From Minisyncoccota bacterium (lineage in GTDB: Bacteria; Patescibacteriota; Minisyncoccia; Phycocordibacterales; JAACPR01): a stretch of 64,000 bases of DNA. The translations under genes and the position numbers were made by a program. Under the pieces are notes generated by a model. The model saw only the letters and a program-made list of their open reading frames with translations. It searched no databases and was not told the DNA's origin. The stretch is taken from assembly GCA_041674225.1 (NCBI GenBank), contig JBAYWG010000001.1, forward strand, positions 102,501 to 166,500, read 5' to 3'. Positions within the stretch are counted from its first letter, which is position 1. Every line of letters starts with the position of its first letter. Shown here in pieces: positions 27,482-37,779 of this stretch.

Positions 27482-28039
27482 TTAGAATTTAACAGCAACT
27501 GGTTCTCGTGCAGCTTGTTCGTTTTCTGCAAGTTCGAAGAATTCTTTTACAGTAAATTTAAACCATTTTGCAATGATGTTTGAAGGAAATGTTTGTGTAG
27601 CAATATTGAAGTCTCGAATGTTTGTATTGTAAAAACGTCGAGCAGCTTGAATTTTATTTTCTGTATCAGAAAGTTCTCTTTGTAATTCTAGAAAGTTTGT
27701 ATTCGCTTTTAGATCTGGATAACTTTCAGAAACTGCAAACAAAGATTTCAACGCACCTGTTAGCATATTTTCAGCTTCAGCGTGTTCTGCAACAGTTTGT
27801 GCGCCCATAGCTTTTGTTCGAGCTTCTGTTACGCCTTGTAAAACAGCTTGCTCATGAGATGCATAACCTTTAACTGTTTCGATCAAGTTTGGAATCAAAT
27901 CAAAACGGCGCTTCATTTGAACATCAATATCGGCCCAAGCCTCTTCAGAACGAGTTCGCAAACGCACAAAACGGTTGTAAGCAGAGATAATCCACAAAAC
28001 CAAAACGGCGATTACAATTAAAATAATAATTCCTGACAT
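27482..28039 (-). CDS. LemA family protein
   Basis: N-terminal TM + YNRFV.L…AWADID.Q.KRR.DLIPNL signature. Confidence 0.8.
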   Translation of the reverse strand: MSGIIILIVIAVLVLWIISAYNRFVRLRTRSEEAWADIDVQMKRRFDLIPNLIETVKGYASHEQAVLQGVTEARTKAMGAQTVAEHAEAENMLTGALKSLFAVSESYPDLKANTNFLELQRELSDTENKIQAARRFYNTNIRDFNIATQTFPSNIIAKWFKFTVKEFFELAENEQAAREPVAVKF

Positions 28040-28097
28040 AATTTAAAATTAGTTTATAACTCCACTATTATAGCAAATTTGGCTATTTTTTCAAAAA

Positions 28098-28736
28098 CTA
28101 CTCAATAGTGAAGGTGTTCAAGATATTATCCACAACAGACTTTTGTTCTGCGCTTCCGTAAATACTTTCATTACTCTTTGCAGAATCAAATAATTCGTCA
28201 AAAGTATATTGAATCAAAATTGTTTGATCAGTTTTAAAAGGCAAAGCAATTGTCACAACACCTTCACCTTCTACACCAGAATAATATTGCACACCTGTTT
28301 TTCCAGCCAAAGTAATCGGTTCTGCAAATTCAATTACATCTTTTAATTTATCTTTTTTAAGATTTTCAAATGAAGATTCAATCACACCAAAAGCAACCGC
28401 TGGGTTTTCTAGAAATGGTCGACAGTGTTCTGGTAACCCTGAAGCACCGCAGTGTTGCTCTTCTACATATCTCACCGCAGCCACAGCAGACACTCGATAT
28501 CCTCCAGCTAAAACAATTGCAGAATTTTCGAGCTTCATACCGTCATCATACAAAAATCTAAATCCAAATGGACTCTTGTATTCAAAATATTCTGATTCTA
28601 CTTCTTCACCTGTTTTTTGCTCTTCAACAACTGGTTCTACTACTACTTTATCTACCTCAAAACCTTCTTTATTAACTAGAAAACCGAAACCAAAAGCTAT
28701 TAAGATAAGCAGTATTGTTGTAAATGTGTTTTTCAT
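28098..28736 (-). CDS. Hypothetical secreted protein (212 aa)
   Basis: Signal peptide-like N-terminus. ORF only. Confidence 0.45.
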   Translation of the reverse strand: MKNTFTTILLILIAFGFGFLVNKEGFEVDKVVVEPVVEEQKTGEEVESEYFEYKSPFGFRFLYDDGMKLENSAIVLAGGYRVSAVAAVRYVEEQHCGASGLPEHCRPFLENPAVAFGVIESSFENLKKDKLKDVIEFAEPITLAGKTGVQYYSGVEGEGVVTIALPFKTDQTILIQYTFDELFDSAKSNESIYGSAEQKSVVDNILNTFTIE

Positions 28737-28743
28737 TTGTCTA

Positions 28744-29451
28744 TTATAACTCGATTTTTGAACCGTTCAGGTAAATCTCTACAGATTTAATTGTTGAAAA
28801 TTGTAGAGCAGTTTCTTTAATTTGATTTTCAATTCTACCCTCATCACAGAAATCATCTTCAATTGTCATCTCTCCCTTCAAGAAAATTTTTGCAACACCA
28901 CTTTCAATTACAGCAGAATCAAAATCTAATTTGTTTTGTGTTGAAGAGATAAAGTTTGCAGGAGGAAAGCCATAATCAAAGTCATCATTGAATAATAATT
29001 CCAATGTTGCGTTTAAAACTTTCGGAGTTGCTGGAATTTCTGCCTCAGCAAAAACTAGAGCATCACATCCAACCATTTTATTATTTTTGTAATCAAACAG
29101 ATCCGGACTAGCTAGAAGTGCCAATTTTACTTTTTCAACAGAGCTTTTTACACCAGAGGTCGCGACAGATGGATTTTCTTCCGAATTGTCCAAAATAACT
29201 TCCCCAGCAACTTCATTATTTACTTCTAACTTTGGCTCTCTTTTGAAAATACTTGCCACACTTGCGATATTAGCTTTGAAATCAAAATCTGATTTTGAAA
29301 CAGCAAAAGTCGTTCCAACTATAATTAACAATAAAGCTACTACTCCACTTATAATAAATATCTTCTTATTTCTCTCTTTATTAACGATTTGGGCATCTCT
29401 CGGTTGAACAGATGCAAAACCATATTGTTTTTTTCGATTATGAATTCCCAT
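28744..29451 (-). CDS. Membrane-anchored protein with a possible GerMN-like domain
   Basis: TM anchor. C-terminal …GCDALVFAEAEIP…LELLF… weakly resembles GerMN/Gmad2 folds. Confidence 0.4.
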   Translation of the reverse strand: MGIHNRKKQYGFASVQPRDAQIVNKERNKKIFIISGVVALLLIIVGTTFAVSKSDFDFKANIASVASIFKREPKLEVNNEVAGEVILDNSEENPSVATSGVKSSVEKVKLALLASPDLFDYKNNKMVGCDALVFAEAEIPATPKVLNATLELLFNDDFDYGFPPANFISSTQNKLDFDSAVIESGVAKIFLKGEMTIEDDFCDEGRIENQIKETALQFSTIKSVEIYLNGSKIEL

Positions 29452-29579
29452 ATAATTGAACTATACCCCCTGCTTCTCTACCGTCAACTTGACAGTTTTA
29501 TCTAAAAAAGTCGCTTTTAAATGAGTATCTACGCAGTATTGCATCAAAAATAGGGCTATGTTATAGTGTCTTCACGTCG

Positions 29580-29804
29580 ATGGTTACTATTTTACCCATT
29601 ATTCAAATAATTCTTGCGGTTATTCTTATAACTACAATATTACTACAGAGATCATCTGCAGGTATTGGCTCTTTAGGTGGAGGAGAAAGCGTAGATGCTG
29701 GATACCACACAAGAAGAGGATTTGAGAAAACACTATTCAACGCAACAATAATAATTGCGATAGCCTTTGTCGTTATTTCATTTATAATATTTGTACTGGC
29801 TTAA
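29580..29804 (+). CDS. secG: Preprotein translocase subunit SecG
   Basis: Two TM helices with LLQ.SSAG.GSLGGG between them. Confidence 0.75.
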   Translation: MVTILPIIQIILAVILITTILLQRSSAGIGSLGGGESVDAGYHTRRGFEKTLFNATIIIAIAFVVISFIIFVLA

Positions 29805-29833
29805 TATAGGTCTTTCGGTATTAAATCTCACTT

Positions 29834-31600
29834 GTGAAAAAAGTAATACGCTTGTTTGGCAAAGAATTCAATATTTCTAGATTCAACAAAATAGCAGAGG
29901 CTATAAGTCGTTTTTCTTTTGCAGAAAAAATAATCTTTGGAGTGTTCTCAGTTATATTTGTTTTATCTGCTCTATTAATAATGTTGAAAGTAAATGAACA
30001 GTTTTTGATAAAAGTGCCAAAAGTTGGAGGAACACTGCATGAAGGTGTTATTGGAACTCCTAGATTTATTAATCCCCTTTTAGCAATCTCAGAAACAGAT
30101 CGAGACTTAACGACTTTGATCTATTCTGGATTAACAAGAACAACTCCAACAGGAGACGTGATTCCAGATTTAGCTTATTCATATGAAGTAACCGAAGATG
30201 GTTTGGAATATATTTTCAAAATTAGAGACGACGCAGTTTTCCATGATGGAGAAAAAGTTACAGCCGATGATATTGTATTTACAATTGAAAAAGCTAAAGA
30301 CCCTGTGATCAAAAGTCCAAAAAGAGCTAACTGGGAAGGAGTTCTAGTAGAGAAATTATCTGATAATGAAGTACGGTTCGTTTTATCTCAACCATATTCA
30401 CCATTTTTACTAAACACAACATTAGGAATTCTTCCTAAACACATCTGGGAAAATGTTTCTCCTGAAGAGTTTGCTTTCACACAAATAAATATTGAACCAA
30501 TCGGTTCTGGTCCTTATGAATTATCAAAAGTAAAAAGAAATTCTTCTGGTATTGCAGAAAAATACGAATTGAAAGCTTTTGATAAATTTACATTGAGCAA
30601 ACCTTACATAAAAAATATTTATTTTTCATTCTTTAAGAACGAAGATATTCTGGTCAATGCTCTAAAGAGTAATCAAATAAATTCCATCAACAGCATCCAA
30701 CCTGCCAGAGCTAGTGAATTAGAATTATCTGGCCACAATGTAAAGCAATTTCCTCTTCCTAGAATTTTTGGAGTTTTCTTGAATCAAAGTAAATCCCCAA
30801 TATTAGTTTCAAAAGCAGTTCGGTCTGCGCTTGATGAAGCGATCAATAAAGAAGCTCTTGTTGGAAAAGTTCTATCTAATTATGGAAATGTTGCGAATGG
30901 ACCAATCCCTGAAAGCATTATTCCTTTTTCACAATTAAGCAGTCCAGATGAAAGTGCGAGCGAAACAACAGTTTCAGACGAAGCCCACATCGCCGCTGCA
31001 AAATTAATTTTGGAAGAAGCAGGGTTTGAATTAAATGAACAAGGTGTAATGCAAAGAGAAACATCTGACGGAGTTGAGATATTGAGTTTTAGTATTTCAA
31101 CTCCGAATGTTCCAGAATTAACTCTAGCAGCTGAGTCTGTTATCGAATCTTGGAAAAAAATAGGCGCAGATGTTACATTAAAAGTATTCGAACCAAATGA
31201 CTTTAATCAAAATGTTATTAGACCAAGAAATTATGATGCAATCTTGTTTGGTGAAATAATTGGAAGAGATTTAGATTTCTTTGCGTTCTGGCATTCGTCG
31301 CAAAGAAATGATCCTGGATTAAATATTGCAGATTATGCAAACATCGATGTTGACTCTGCACTTGAAGAAGCGCGTCAGTTAGACAACGGTCCAGAGAGAG
31401 TTGAAAAACTTAGAGTTTTCGTGCAAGAAATTCAAAAAGATATGCCGGCAATTTTTCTTTATTCGCCAAATTTCATTTATGTAGTACCAGAGAGACTTCA
31501 AGGTGTTGTTCCAAAAAATATTGCAACTCCATCAGAAAGATTCTTGTCGGTATATAACTGGTATTTGGAAACAGATACAGTCTGGCGGATTTTTAATTAA
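29834..31600 (+). CDS. ABC transporter substrate-binding protein, family 5 (Opp/Dpp-like), orphan (no permease adjacent)
   Basis: SBP_bac_5-like segments (LAYSYEVTEDGLEYIFKIRDDAVFHDGEKVTADDIVFTIE). N-terminal anchor. Confidence 0.8.
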   Translation: MKKVIRLFGKEFNISRFNKIAEAISRFSFAEKIIFGVFSVIFVLSALLIMLKVNEQFLIKVPKVGGTLHEGVIGTPRFINPLLAISETDRDLTTLIYSGLTRTTPTGDVIPDLAYSYEVTEDGLEYIFKIRDDAVFHDGEKVTADDIVFTIEKAKDPVIKSPKRANWEGVLVEKLSDNEVRFVLSQPYSPFLLNTTLGILPKHIWENVSPEEFAFTQINIEPIGSGPYELSKVKRNSSGIAEKYELKAFDKFTLSKPYIKNIYFSFFKNEDILVNALKSNQINSINSIQPARASELELSGHNVKQFPLPRIFGVFLNQSKSPILVSKAVRSALDEAINKEALVGKVLSNYGNVANGPIPESIIPFSQLSSPDESASETTVSDEAHIAAAKLILEEAGFELNEQGVMQRETSDGVEILSFSISTPNVPELTLAAESVIESWKKIGADVTLKVFEPNDFNQNVIRPRNYDAILFGEIIGRDLDFFAFWHSSQRNDPGLNIADYANIDVDSALEEARQLDNGPERVEKLRVFVQEIQKDMPAIFLYSPNFIYVVPERLQGVVPKNIATPSERFLSVYNWYLETDTVWRIFN

Positions 31601-31624
31601 CAATAACCATTAATAATAAAAAAT

Positions 31625-33505
31625 ATGAACGAACAAAATCAACAAAAAATATCAGTAAGTCCGAATAAAAAACCTTTCATAGGAAAACCAGGGCAAAAAC
31701 CTTTCAATCGAAATGCCACTCCGCAAGGAAATTCTTCTAATACAAAAAGAACTGGAATTCGAAGAATGGGACATAGACCAAAATCAAACCGACCGGCCTA
31801 TGAAGCAGGATCTCGAGCTTCAATTCCACCAGTTGGAGAAAACAATATTCGTATTGTTCCCTTAGGAGGAGTAGAACAAATTGGTCAAAACATGACCGCT
31901 ATTGAAATTGGTGATGACATCATCGTAATAGATGCAGGTTTTCAATTCAAAGAAGAATCTACTCCTGGAATTGATTACATTTTGCCAAACACAAAATATC
32001 TTGAAGATAGAAAAGACAGAATCCGCGCAATGTTTGTAACTCATGGTCACTTAGATCACATCGGAGCTATTCCCTACATCATCGAGAAAATAAATTCTCC
32101 TAAAATTTACACTCGTCAATTCGGAGCAATCATGATTGCAAAAAGACAAGAAGAATTTCCTCATGTTAAAAAGCCAGAAATAATAACTCTAGACGGAGAC
32201 GAAACAATTGTTGTTTCAGATAAAATAAAAGTTGAGACTTTCCCTATTTCTCATGCAATTCCAGATTCAATGGGATTGATTATTCACACTCCTTTAGGAA
32301 AAATTGCTTTCATCGAGGACGTGCGTGTAGATAACTTTGATGGTGTACCAACTGAAACGGAAGTTCAACAATATGCCAGATTTAAAAATGAAGAATTTTT
32401 GCTTTTGACTATGGACTCGACTTCAGTAGAAAAACCAGGCTGGTCTCTTTCTGAACAAATCGTAATCGAAAACATCGAGAAAATAATGAAAGACGTTTCA
32501 GGACGTTTGATCATTGGAACTTTTGCATCTCAAGTAGAAAGAATCAAAGCAATCATCGAAAGTGCAACTAAATTTGGAAAGAAAGTTGTTATCGAAGGAA
32601 GAAGTATGAAAACGAGTGTGGAAATTATCAAACACTTAAAACTTATCGATACATCTTGCGTGATTTCTGTTAACGAAATGGAAAGCGTTGCTCCAGATAA
32701 ATTGGTAATGATCGTGACAGGAGGACAAGGAGAAGAATTTGCGGCTCTAAACAGAATGGCAAGTAAATCTCACAAACAAGTAACACTTCGAAAAGAAGAT
32801 ACTATTCTGCTTTCATCATCAATCATTCCAACCAACTTCACAGCGGTGACAAAAATGAAAGATTTACTTTATAGAACTGATGCGAGAATCATTACTTACG
32901 TTGATGCTGAAGTACATGCTTCTGGTCACGGAAACAGAGAGGAATTAGGTTGGATTCATCAACAAATTAACTACCGATTCTTCATCCCTCTTCACGGTAA
33001 CCACTTTATGTTGAAGCTTCATTCACAATTAGCTCAATCTTTGGGAACTCCTGCAGAAAATATAATAGTTCCAGATAACGGTTCTATTATCGAAATTTCC
33101 GACGGCGGAAAAAAGATTGGTGTACTTCCGATGAAAGCTCCGAGTGATCTTGTGACAGTTGATGGATTTTCAGTTTCAGATGTACGAGATGTTGTGCTTC
33201 GAGACAGACAACTTCTATCTGAATCAGGAATCTTTGTGATTGTAGCAAGCGTAAACACTACGACAGGTAAATTAAAAAAATCTCCAGATATTATTTCTCG
33301 TGGTTTCGTTTATCTAAGAGAATCTCAAGAACTTCTTCGAGAAGCTCGAACAATAATCCGCAGATCAATCGAAAGAGAAATTCAAAAATCTAGTACTGTT
33401 GATTTTGACAAACTAAAAGGAATTGTTGAAGGTGAAGTAAGTCGTTTCTTATTCCAAAAAACTGCAAAGGAACCATTAGTTATTCCAGTTATTCTAGGTA
33501 TATAA
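31625..33505 (+). CDS. rnj: Ribonuclease J (metallo-beta-lactamase / beta-CASP) with a ~60-aa basic N-terminal extension
   Basis: FVTHGHLDHIGAIPYI (HxHxDH), beta-CASP motifs. The C-terminal domain is typical of RNase J. Confidence 0.85.
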   Translation: MNEQNQQKISVSPNKKPFIGKPGQKPFNRNATPQGNSSNTKRTGIRRMGHRPKSNRPAYEAGSRASIPPVGENNIRIVPLGGVEQIGQNMTAIEIGDDIIVIDAGFQFKEESTPGIDYILPNTKYLEDRKDRIRAMFVTHGHLDHIGAIPYIIEKINSPKIYTRQFGAIMIAKRQEEFPHVKKPEIITLDGDETIVVSDKIKVETFPISHAIPDSMGLIIHTPLGKIAFIEDVRVDNFDGVPTETEVQQYARFKNEEFLLLTMDSTSVEKPGWSLSEQIVIENIEKIMKDVSGRLIIGTFASQVERIKAIIESATKFGKKVVIEGRSMKTSVEIIKHLKLIDTSCVISVNEMESVAPDKLVMIVTGGQGEEFAALNRMASKSHKQVTLRKEDTILLSSSIIPTNFTAVTKMKDLLYRTDARIITYVDAEVHASGHGNREELGWIHQQINYRFFIPLHGNHFMLKLHSQLAQSLGTPAENIIVPDNGSIIEISDGGKKIGVLPMKAPSDLVTVDGFSVSDVRDVVLRDRQLLSESGIFVIVASVNTTTGKLKKSPDIISRGFVYLRESQELLREARTIIRRSIEREIQKSSTVDFDKLKGIVEGEVSRFLFQKTAKEPLVIPVILGI

Positions 33506-33546
33506 AAAGATAAAAAAATATTTATGTTAAAATTTGTTTAACATAA

Positions 33547-34737
33547 ATGTATAACTTATCTTTGGAACAAAAAAAGTCTAATGAGAAATTATCTGCTAGG
33601 CATTTAATTTATTTTATTGCGTTTTTGTTTACACTCCACATGACTCCAGCTGTCTACGTGACATCTAGTTTCATTGGACAATATCTGCCGGAATCAAAAG
33701 TTGGTTACATATATTCTATTTCAGCACTTCTAACAATTATCCTTTTTGTAGCGATAAGACCAATCTTGGTTAAGCACGGAAACTACAAGAGCTTTATTTT
33801 TACTCTTTCAACAAGTGTTTTGATGCTTGCGATAATGGTGCTACCAAATATTGATTCAAAAATAATATTAGCGGCGCTTATAGTAAACTCGATCACACAC
33901 GCATTAGCCTTCTTTCATTTAGATATTTTTATATCTCACTATTCTAACCTCAAAGACACAGGGGTAGTGCGTGGTGCATTTTTGACGGCTCAAAATATAG
34001 CTTTTGTAATAGGCCCTCTTTTAGCTGGATCAATGTTGACCGGTGATGATTTTTGGAAAGTATTTTTGTTTGGAATATGTTTATTGATTCCAACAATTTA
34101 TATTTCTATAAAATATTTAAAAGATTTTAAAGATCCTGTATACAAAGAACCACAACTAATTAAAACTGCGATAAAAGTTTTAAGAAATAAAGATATATAT
34201 CATGCTATTAGTATTCAGGGACTTCTAAGAGTTTTTTATTCATGGATGATTATTTACACTCCTATTTTTTTAACAATGCATATAGGATTTTCAATTTCAG
34301 AAACGGCAACGATTATTGGTATTGCTTTGATAGCATTTTTGTTTTTCACAACACCTCTAGGGTACATTTCAGATAAGGTTATGGGAGAAAAAGAACTTTT
34401 GATTTTAGGTTTTTTAATTATGGCACTTTCTACCGGAGCAATGGCTTTTATAGAAACAGAAAACTTTTTATTGTGGGCTGGAATTCTATTCGTAACAAGA
34501 ATTGGTGCAAGTATGGTAGAACTAATGGGAGAAGCTTATTTTTTCAAAAAAATAGATAGCACTGATGTGAGCATGGTTAGTTTTTATAGGATGGTAAGAC
34601 CTTTGACTCATTTAATCTTTCCTGCACTAGCCTCTGGTTTATTAATTTTCATAGAAATAAAATACCTATTTTTGATTCTAGGTATTTTAATGCTTTATGG
34701 AATTAAATATAGCTTAGCTATTAAGGACACCTGCTAG
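33547..34737 (+). CDS. MFS transporter
   Basis: 12 predicted TM segments in MFS-like 6+6 organisation. Confidence 0.6.
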   Translation: MYNLSLEQKKSNEKLSARHLIYFIAFLFTLHMTPAVYVTSSFIGQYLPESKVGYIYSISALLTIILFVAIRPILVKHGNYKSFIFTLSTSVLMLAIMVLPNIDSKIILAALIVNSITHALAFFHLDIFISHYSNLKDTGVVRGAFLTAQNIAFVIGPLLAGSMLTGDDFWKVFLFGICLLIPTIYISIKYLKDFKDPVYKEPQLIKTAIKVLRNKDIYHAISIQGLLRVFYSWMIIYTPIFLTMHIGFSISETATIIGIALIAFLFFTTPLGYISDKVMGEKELLILGFLIMALSTGAMAFIETENFLLWAGILFVTRIGASMVELMGEAYFFKKIDSTDVSMVSFYRMVRPLTHLIFPALASGLLIFIEIKYLFLILGILMLYGIKYSLAIKDTC

Positions 34738-34956
34738 TTCTCTTTCTATTTCCTCCTTATCAGTATCAGCGATAATTTTTCCATCAATTTCTACAACTGG
34801 CGCTTTTGTTTGTCCTGACTTCGCTTGCATCTCTACAAAAAATTCTTGATTTTCTGTAACGTTTCTTTCTTCAAAATCAATTCCCTTTTCTTTAAGAAAA
34901 TCAGTTACACCAATACACCAAGGGCAGCCCGTTTTTGTATATACGATTATATTCAT
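34714..34956 (-). CDS. Glutaredoxin-like protein (CPWC)
   Basis: VYTKTGCPWCIGV…APVVEIDGK thioredoxin-fold signature. Confidence 0.7.
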   Translation of the reverse strand: MNIIVYTKTGCPWCIGVTDFLKEKGIDFEERNVTENQEFFVEMQAKSGQTKAPVVEIDGKIIADTDKEEIERELAGVLNS

Positions 34957-34965
34957 AGTTTTTTG

Positions 34966-35664
34966 TTATTTAGTAGACTTCTTTTTTGTTTTAGATGTAG
35001 CTACAGTATCAACTTTATCAAGCAATTCTTCAGCTTTCTTTCTTCCTCCTAGACCAAATGCCAAAGCTAGAGCTAGTACAATACCTGCGAATAGAATTTG
35101 GATTAAAGATGGTGCAATTCCTAATTGAATAAGAGCCGCTAGAGCACCGAAGATCATAAATGACCATCTTGTTAGAGACCCAAGCACTTCAGGCTTGTCT
35201 ACAGGAGTATTTGAGCCCATTAGAGACCGTACAACGATTGATTCAAAGAATTTACCAGCAATAATAGATAGGACAAGAATGATTATTGCTACTAGAACTT
35301 GAGGAATGTAGAAGATTATTTCATTCAAAAATTGAGTTACTCTATCCCATCCAAGAACTTCTGCTGCGGCCATTGTAAATGCTAATACAAAAAACCATTT
35401 CACCAATCTTCCAATCAATAATGAGATTGAAAAATTACTTGAGTATCCTTGGAACATATCGTTCACACCAACCTTTTGAGATAGTTGATCAATTTTTAGG
35501 AGATCAATAAATTTTTTCACTAATCCACCAAGTAGAGGTGCAATTATGAATCCAAAAATTACAATAATCACTGCGCCAATTAAGTCTGGCAAAATACTTA
35601 CGATTCTTCCCCAAAGATCCAACATTGTGATTTGAACGACTTGTGCAAATGAATATACCTGCAT
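34966..35664 (-). CDS. Membrane protein with conserved TM-helix repeats (MscS-associated 'TM_helix'-like)
   Basis: Several TM helices. Lys-rich C-terminus. Confidence 0.4.
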   Translation of the reverse strand: MQVYSFAQVVQITMLDLWGRIVSILPDLIGAVIIVIFGFIIAPLLGGLVKKFIDLLKIDQLSQKVGVNDMFQGYSSNFSISLLIGRLVKWFFVLAFTMAAAEVLGWDRVTQFLNEIIFYIPQVLVAIIILVLSIIAGKFFESIVVRSLMGSNTPVDKPEVLGSLTRWSFMIFGALAALIQLGIAPSLIQILFAGIVLALALAFGLGGRKKAEELLDKVDTVATSKTKKKSTK

Positions 35665-35806
35665 AATATTTTTAATTAATTTTTTAAAGTTACTATTTTA
35701 TTTTAACACCTTTGAAAAAAGTTAAATAAAAAAGTGTGCACAAGTGTAAATAAAAATTTGTTTGTATAGATTTTTTTACAAAAAATAATTTGTAAAAATA
35801 AAAAGA

Positions 35807-35839
35807 GGAGTACTGACTGAGTGAATCAGTACTCCTCTA
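35807..35839 (-). terminator. Terminator GAGGAGTACTGA-(9 nt)-TCAGTACTCCTC followed by a U-run on the minus strand
   Basis: Perfect 12-bp inverted repeat. A-rich on the plus side upstream. Confidence 0.65.
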
Positions 35840-35857
35840 TTAGAGATGTTTTGAAAA

Positions 35858-36148
35858 TTACACTTTTAAACAAAGTAATCGGAACTCATCAAAAATTTCT
35901 TGAACAAGTCTTTCCAGATCATTAAACCCAGGAACATTCGACTGTCCAGAAACTAATTCATTTGGGTTTAGGCACTCAAAAAGTTGTTCCATAATACCAA
36001 AGCGCTTTTCAATTAACTCCTTACGAGCTACCTGCAAGTGAAAGATAAGTTCTTTCACATCATTTTCAGAGTGCAATACGGTTCGTTTCAGATTATAGTT
36101 AACAAAAGTTAAAAGATACCTGATACTATACTTAATACTTTCTTCCAT
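35858..36148 (-). CDS. Hypothetical protein (96 aa)
   Basis: ORF with the terminator immediately downstream. Confidence 0.45.
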   Translation of the reverse strand: MEESIKYSIRYLLTFVNYNLKRTVLHSENDVKELIFHLQVARKELIEKRFGIMEQLFECLNPNELVSGQSNVPGFNDLERLVQEIFDEFRLLCLKV

Positions 36149-36187
36149 TTCTGTATTTGGTTGTTTGTTCTATTCTAATTTGAAAGA

Positions 36188-36267
36188 GGTTTCTAAAGCC
36201 AAATTGTATTACAGGTTTCTAAATAAGTCCAGCATAAGATAAATAAGCCTTAAAATAAGGTTCTAAA
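36188..36267. promoter_or_regulatory. Three direct repeats GGTT(T)CTAAA (36188, 36214, 36259) in the divergent promoter region upstream of the response-regulator gene. Candidate regulator binding sites.
   Basis: The repeats were read directly. Function is inferred. Confidence 0.3.
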
Positions 36268-36355
36268 TTAGTTATGAAGTTTTTTGTAGTTTCTCAACAG
36301 TAAATCCACGATGTCTAGTTGCATCGCTTTGGAGTTTGAGATAAAAATAAGCCCA

Positions 36356-37033
36356 ATGAAATTGTTAATCATTGAAGACGATAGCTCGATTCGAAATGTA
36401 CTTCGTATGAGTCTTGAGGCCTCATGTTTTACAGTCGACACTGCAGAAGACGGAGAGCAGGGTTCATACATGGCTCGCACAAACGAATACAATCTTATTA
36501 TTCTAGACAACATGCTACCTAAAAAACTTGGTAAAAAAGTTTGCCAAGAAGTACGAGAAGCTGGTAAAACTACTCCAATAATTTTACTTTCAATGAAGTC
36601 TGACATTTTAGAGAAAGTTTCTGTGTTAGATGCTGGAGCAGATGATTATATGACAAAGCCTTTTTCTTTTGAAGAATTACTAGCGAGGATTCGTGCGCTT
36701 ACAAGAAGACCTAGAACAATGGCAGAAAAAGTTTTAAAAATAAAAGACATAGAACTAAACACAGATAGAAACATTGTTACAAAAGACGGAGCCGAAATTG
36801 AACTAACTAAAAAAGAATTTAATCTTCTGGAATACCTTTTACAAAACAAAGAGAGAGTTGTGACACGCGGTCAAATAATGGAGCATGTGTGGGATATAAA
36901 TGCAGATCCATTTTCAAACACAATTGAATCACACATTGTAAATTTGCGAAAAAAGATTGGAGATCATCACAAAAGAGTAATTAAAAATATTCCAGGACGT
37001 GGATATAAAATCACTGAAACATGTTTAGTTTAA
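36356..37033 (+). CDS. OmpR-family response regulator (REC + winged helix). Start MKLLIIEDD.
   Basis: LIIEDD…D…, …LSMK(S) … C-terminal trans_reg_C (…VTRGQIMEHVW…RKKIG…GRGYKI). Confidence 0.85.
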   Translation: MKLLIIEDDSSIRNVLRMSLEASCFTVDTAEDGEQGSYMARTNEYNLIILDNMLPKKLGKKVCQEVREAGKTTPIILLSMKSDILEKVSVLDAGADDYMTKPFSFEELLARIRALTRRPRTMAEKVLKIKDIELNTDRNIVTKDGAEIELTKKEFNLLEYLLQNKERVVTRGQIMEHVWDINADPFSNTIESHIVNLRKKIGDHHKRVIKNIPGRGYKITETCLV

Positions 37034-37779
37034 ATAATATACGAAATAAATACACGTTTTTGAGGAATAGCTCAGCTATTCCTTTTTTTTATGAAAAATT
37101 ATCAATTATTCCCCGAAGTTTTAATAATGCGATTCATTTTATGACATTAGGCAGAATAGCCAACGGTGTATTTCATGATTTGATGAATCCTATAACTTCC
37201 CTTTTAATTTCAATTGAATTAAAAAACTCTACACAAGTAAATGACATTTCTGAAAGCAGTAAAGAATTATCGGAGTTTTTAAAGGTTATACAAAGTCAGT
37301 TAAAAAATAACTACGATCGCGAGACTTTTTTAATATCAAAAATTATAAACGACTCCACAGTACTGATTAAATACAAAGCTCTTATGAACAATGTCCGAAT
37401 AGTTACTGTAAATAAAAATGATTGCGAGCTGTTTGGAAATAAATTAATTTTAATCCGCGCAATTTTAAATCTTATAAATAATGCTATCGAATCGTATGAG
37501 AGATGTCCTCGCGAGATGCAAGACGTAATAATTTCTTTTTACAAAGAGAGCGAGTATTTAAATATAAGTATCAAAGATTTTGGTTGTGGAATTTCCACAA
37601 AAGATCAGAAGAAAATTTTCAATTATTTTTATACAAATAAATCAGATGGGACGGGAATTGGATTACCTATTTCTTATAGATCAATTAGGAAAGAATACGG
37701 TGGTGAAATTATTATTGAAAGTGAATATGGTAAAGGTAGTAATTTTATAATAAAAATCCCTTTAAAAATTTCCATCTAA
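37021..37779 (+). CDS. Minimal cytoplasmic sensor histidine kinase (DHp + HATPase_c only)
   Basis: H-box FHDLMNPITSL, N-box NLINNAIES, G1 DFGCGIS, G2 GTGIGL. No TM or sensor domain. Overlaps the RR stop by 13 nt. Confidence 0.75.
   Translation: MFSLNNIRNKYTFLRNSSAIPFFYEKLSIIPRSFNNAIHFMTLGRIANGVFHDLMNPITSLLISIELKNSTQVNDISESSKELSEFLKVIQSQLKNNYDRETFLISKIINDSTVLIKYKALMNNVRIVTVNKNDCELFGNKLILIRAILNLINNAIESYERCPREMQDVIISFYKESEYLNISIKDFGCGISTKDQKKIFNYFYTNKSDGTGIGLPISYRSIRKEYGGEIIIESEYGKGSNFIIKIPLKISI

Noticed and set aside
27622-27810. Short antisense ORFs inside lemA, lepA, murJ, valS and others (e.g. 27622..27810, 21551..21733, 23072..23299, 15614..16027)
   Set aside because: All are nested antisense or alternative-frame ORFs within genes carrying strong family signatures. 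Their AT-rich composition produces long open frames by chance.
36268-36606. ORF 36268..36606 (-) overlapping the response-regulator gene
   Set aside because: It is antisense to a strongly supported OmpR-family RR and has no motifs.
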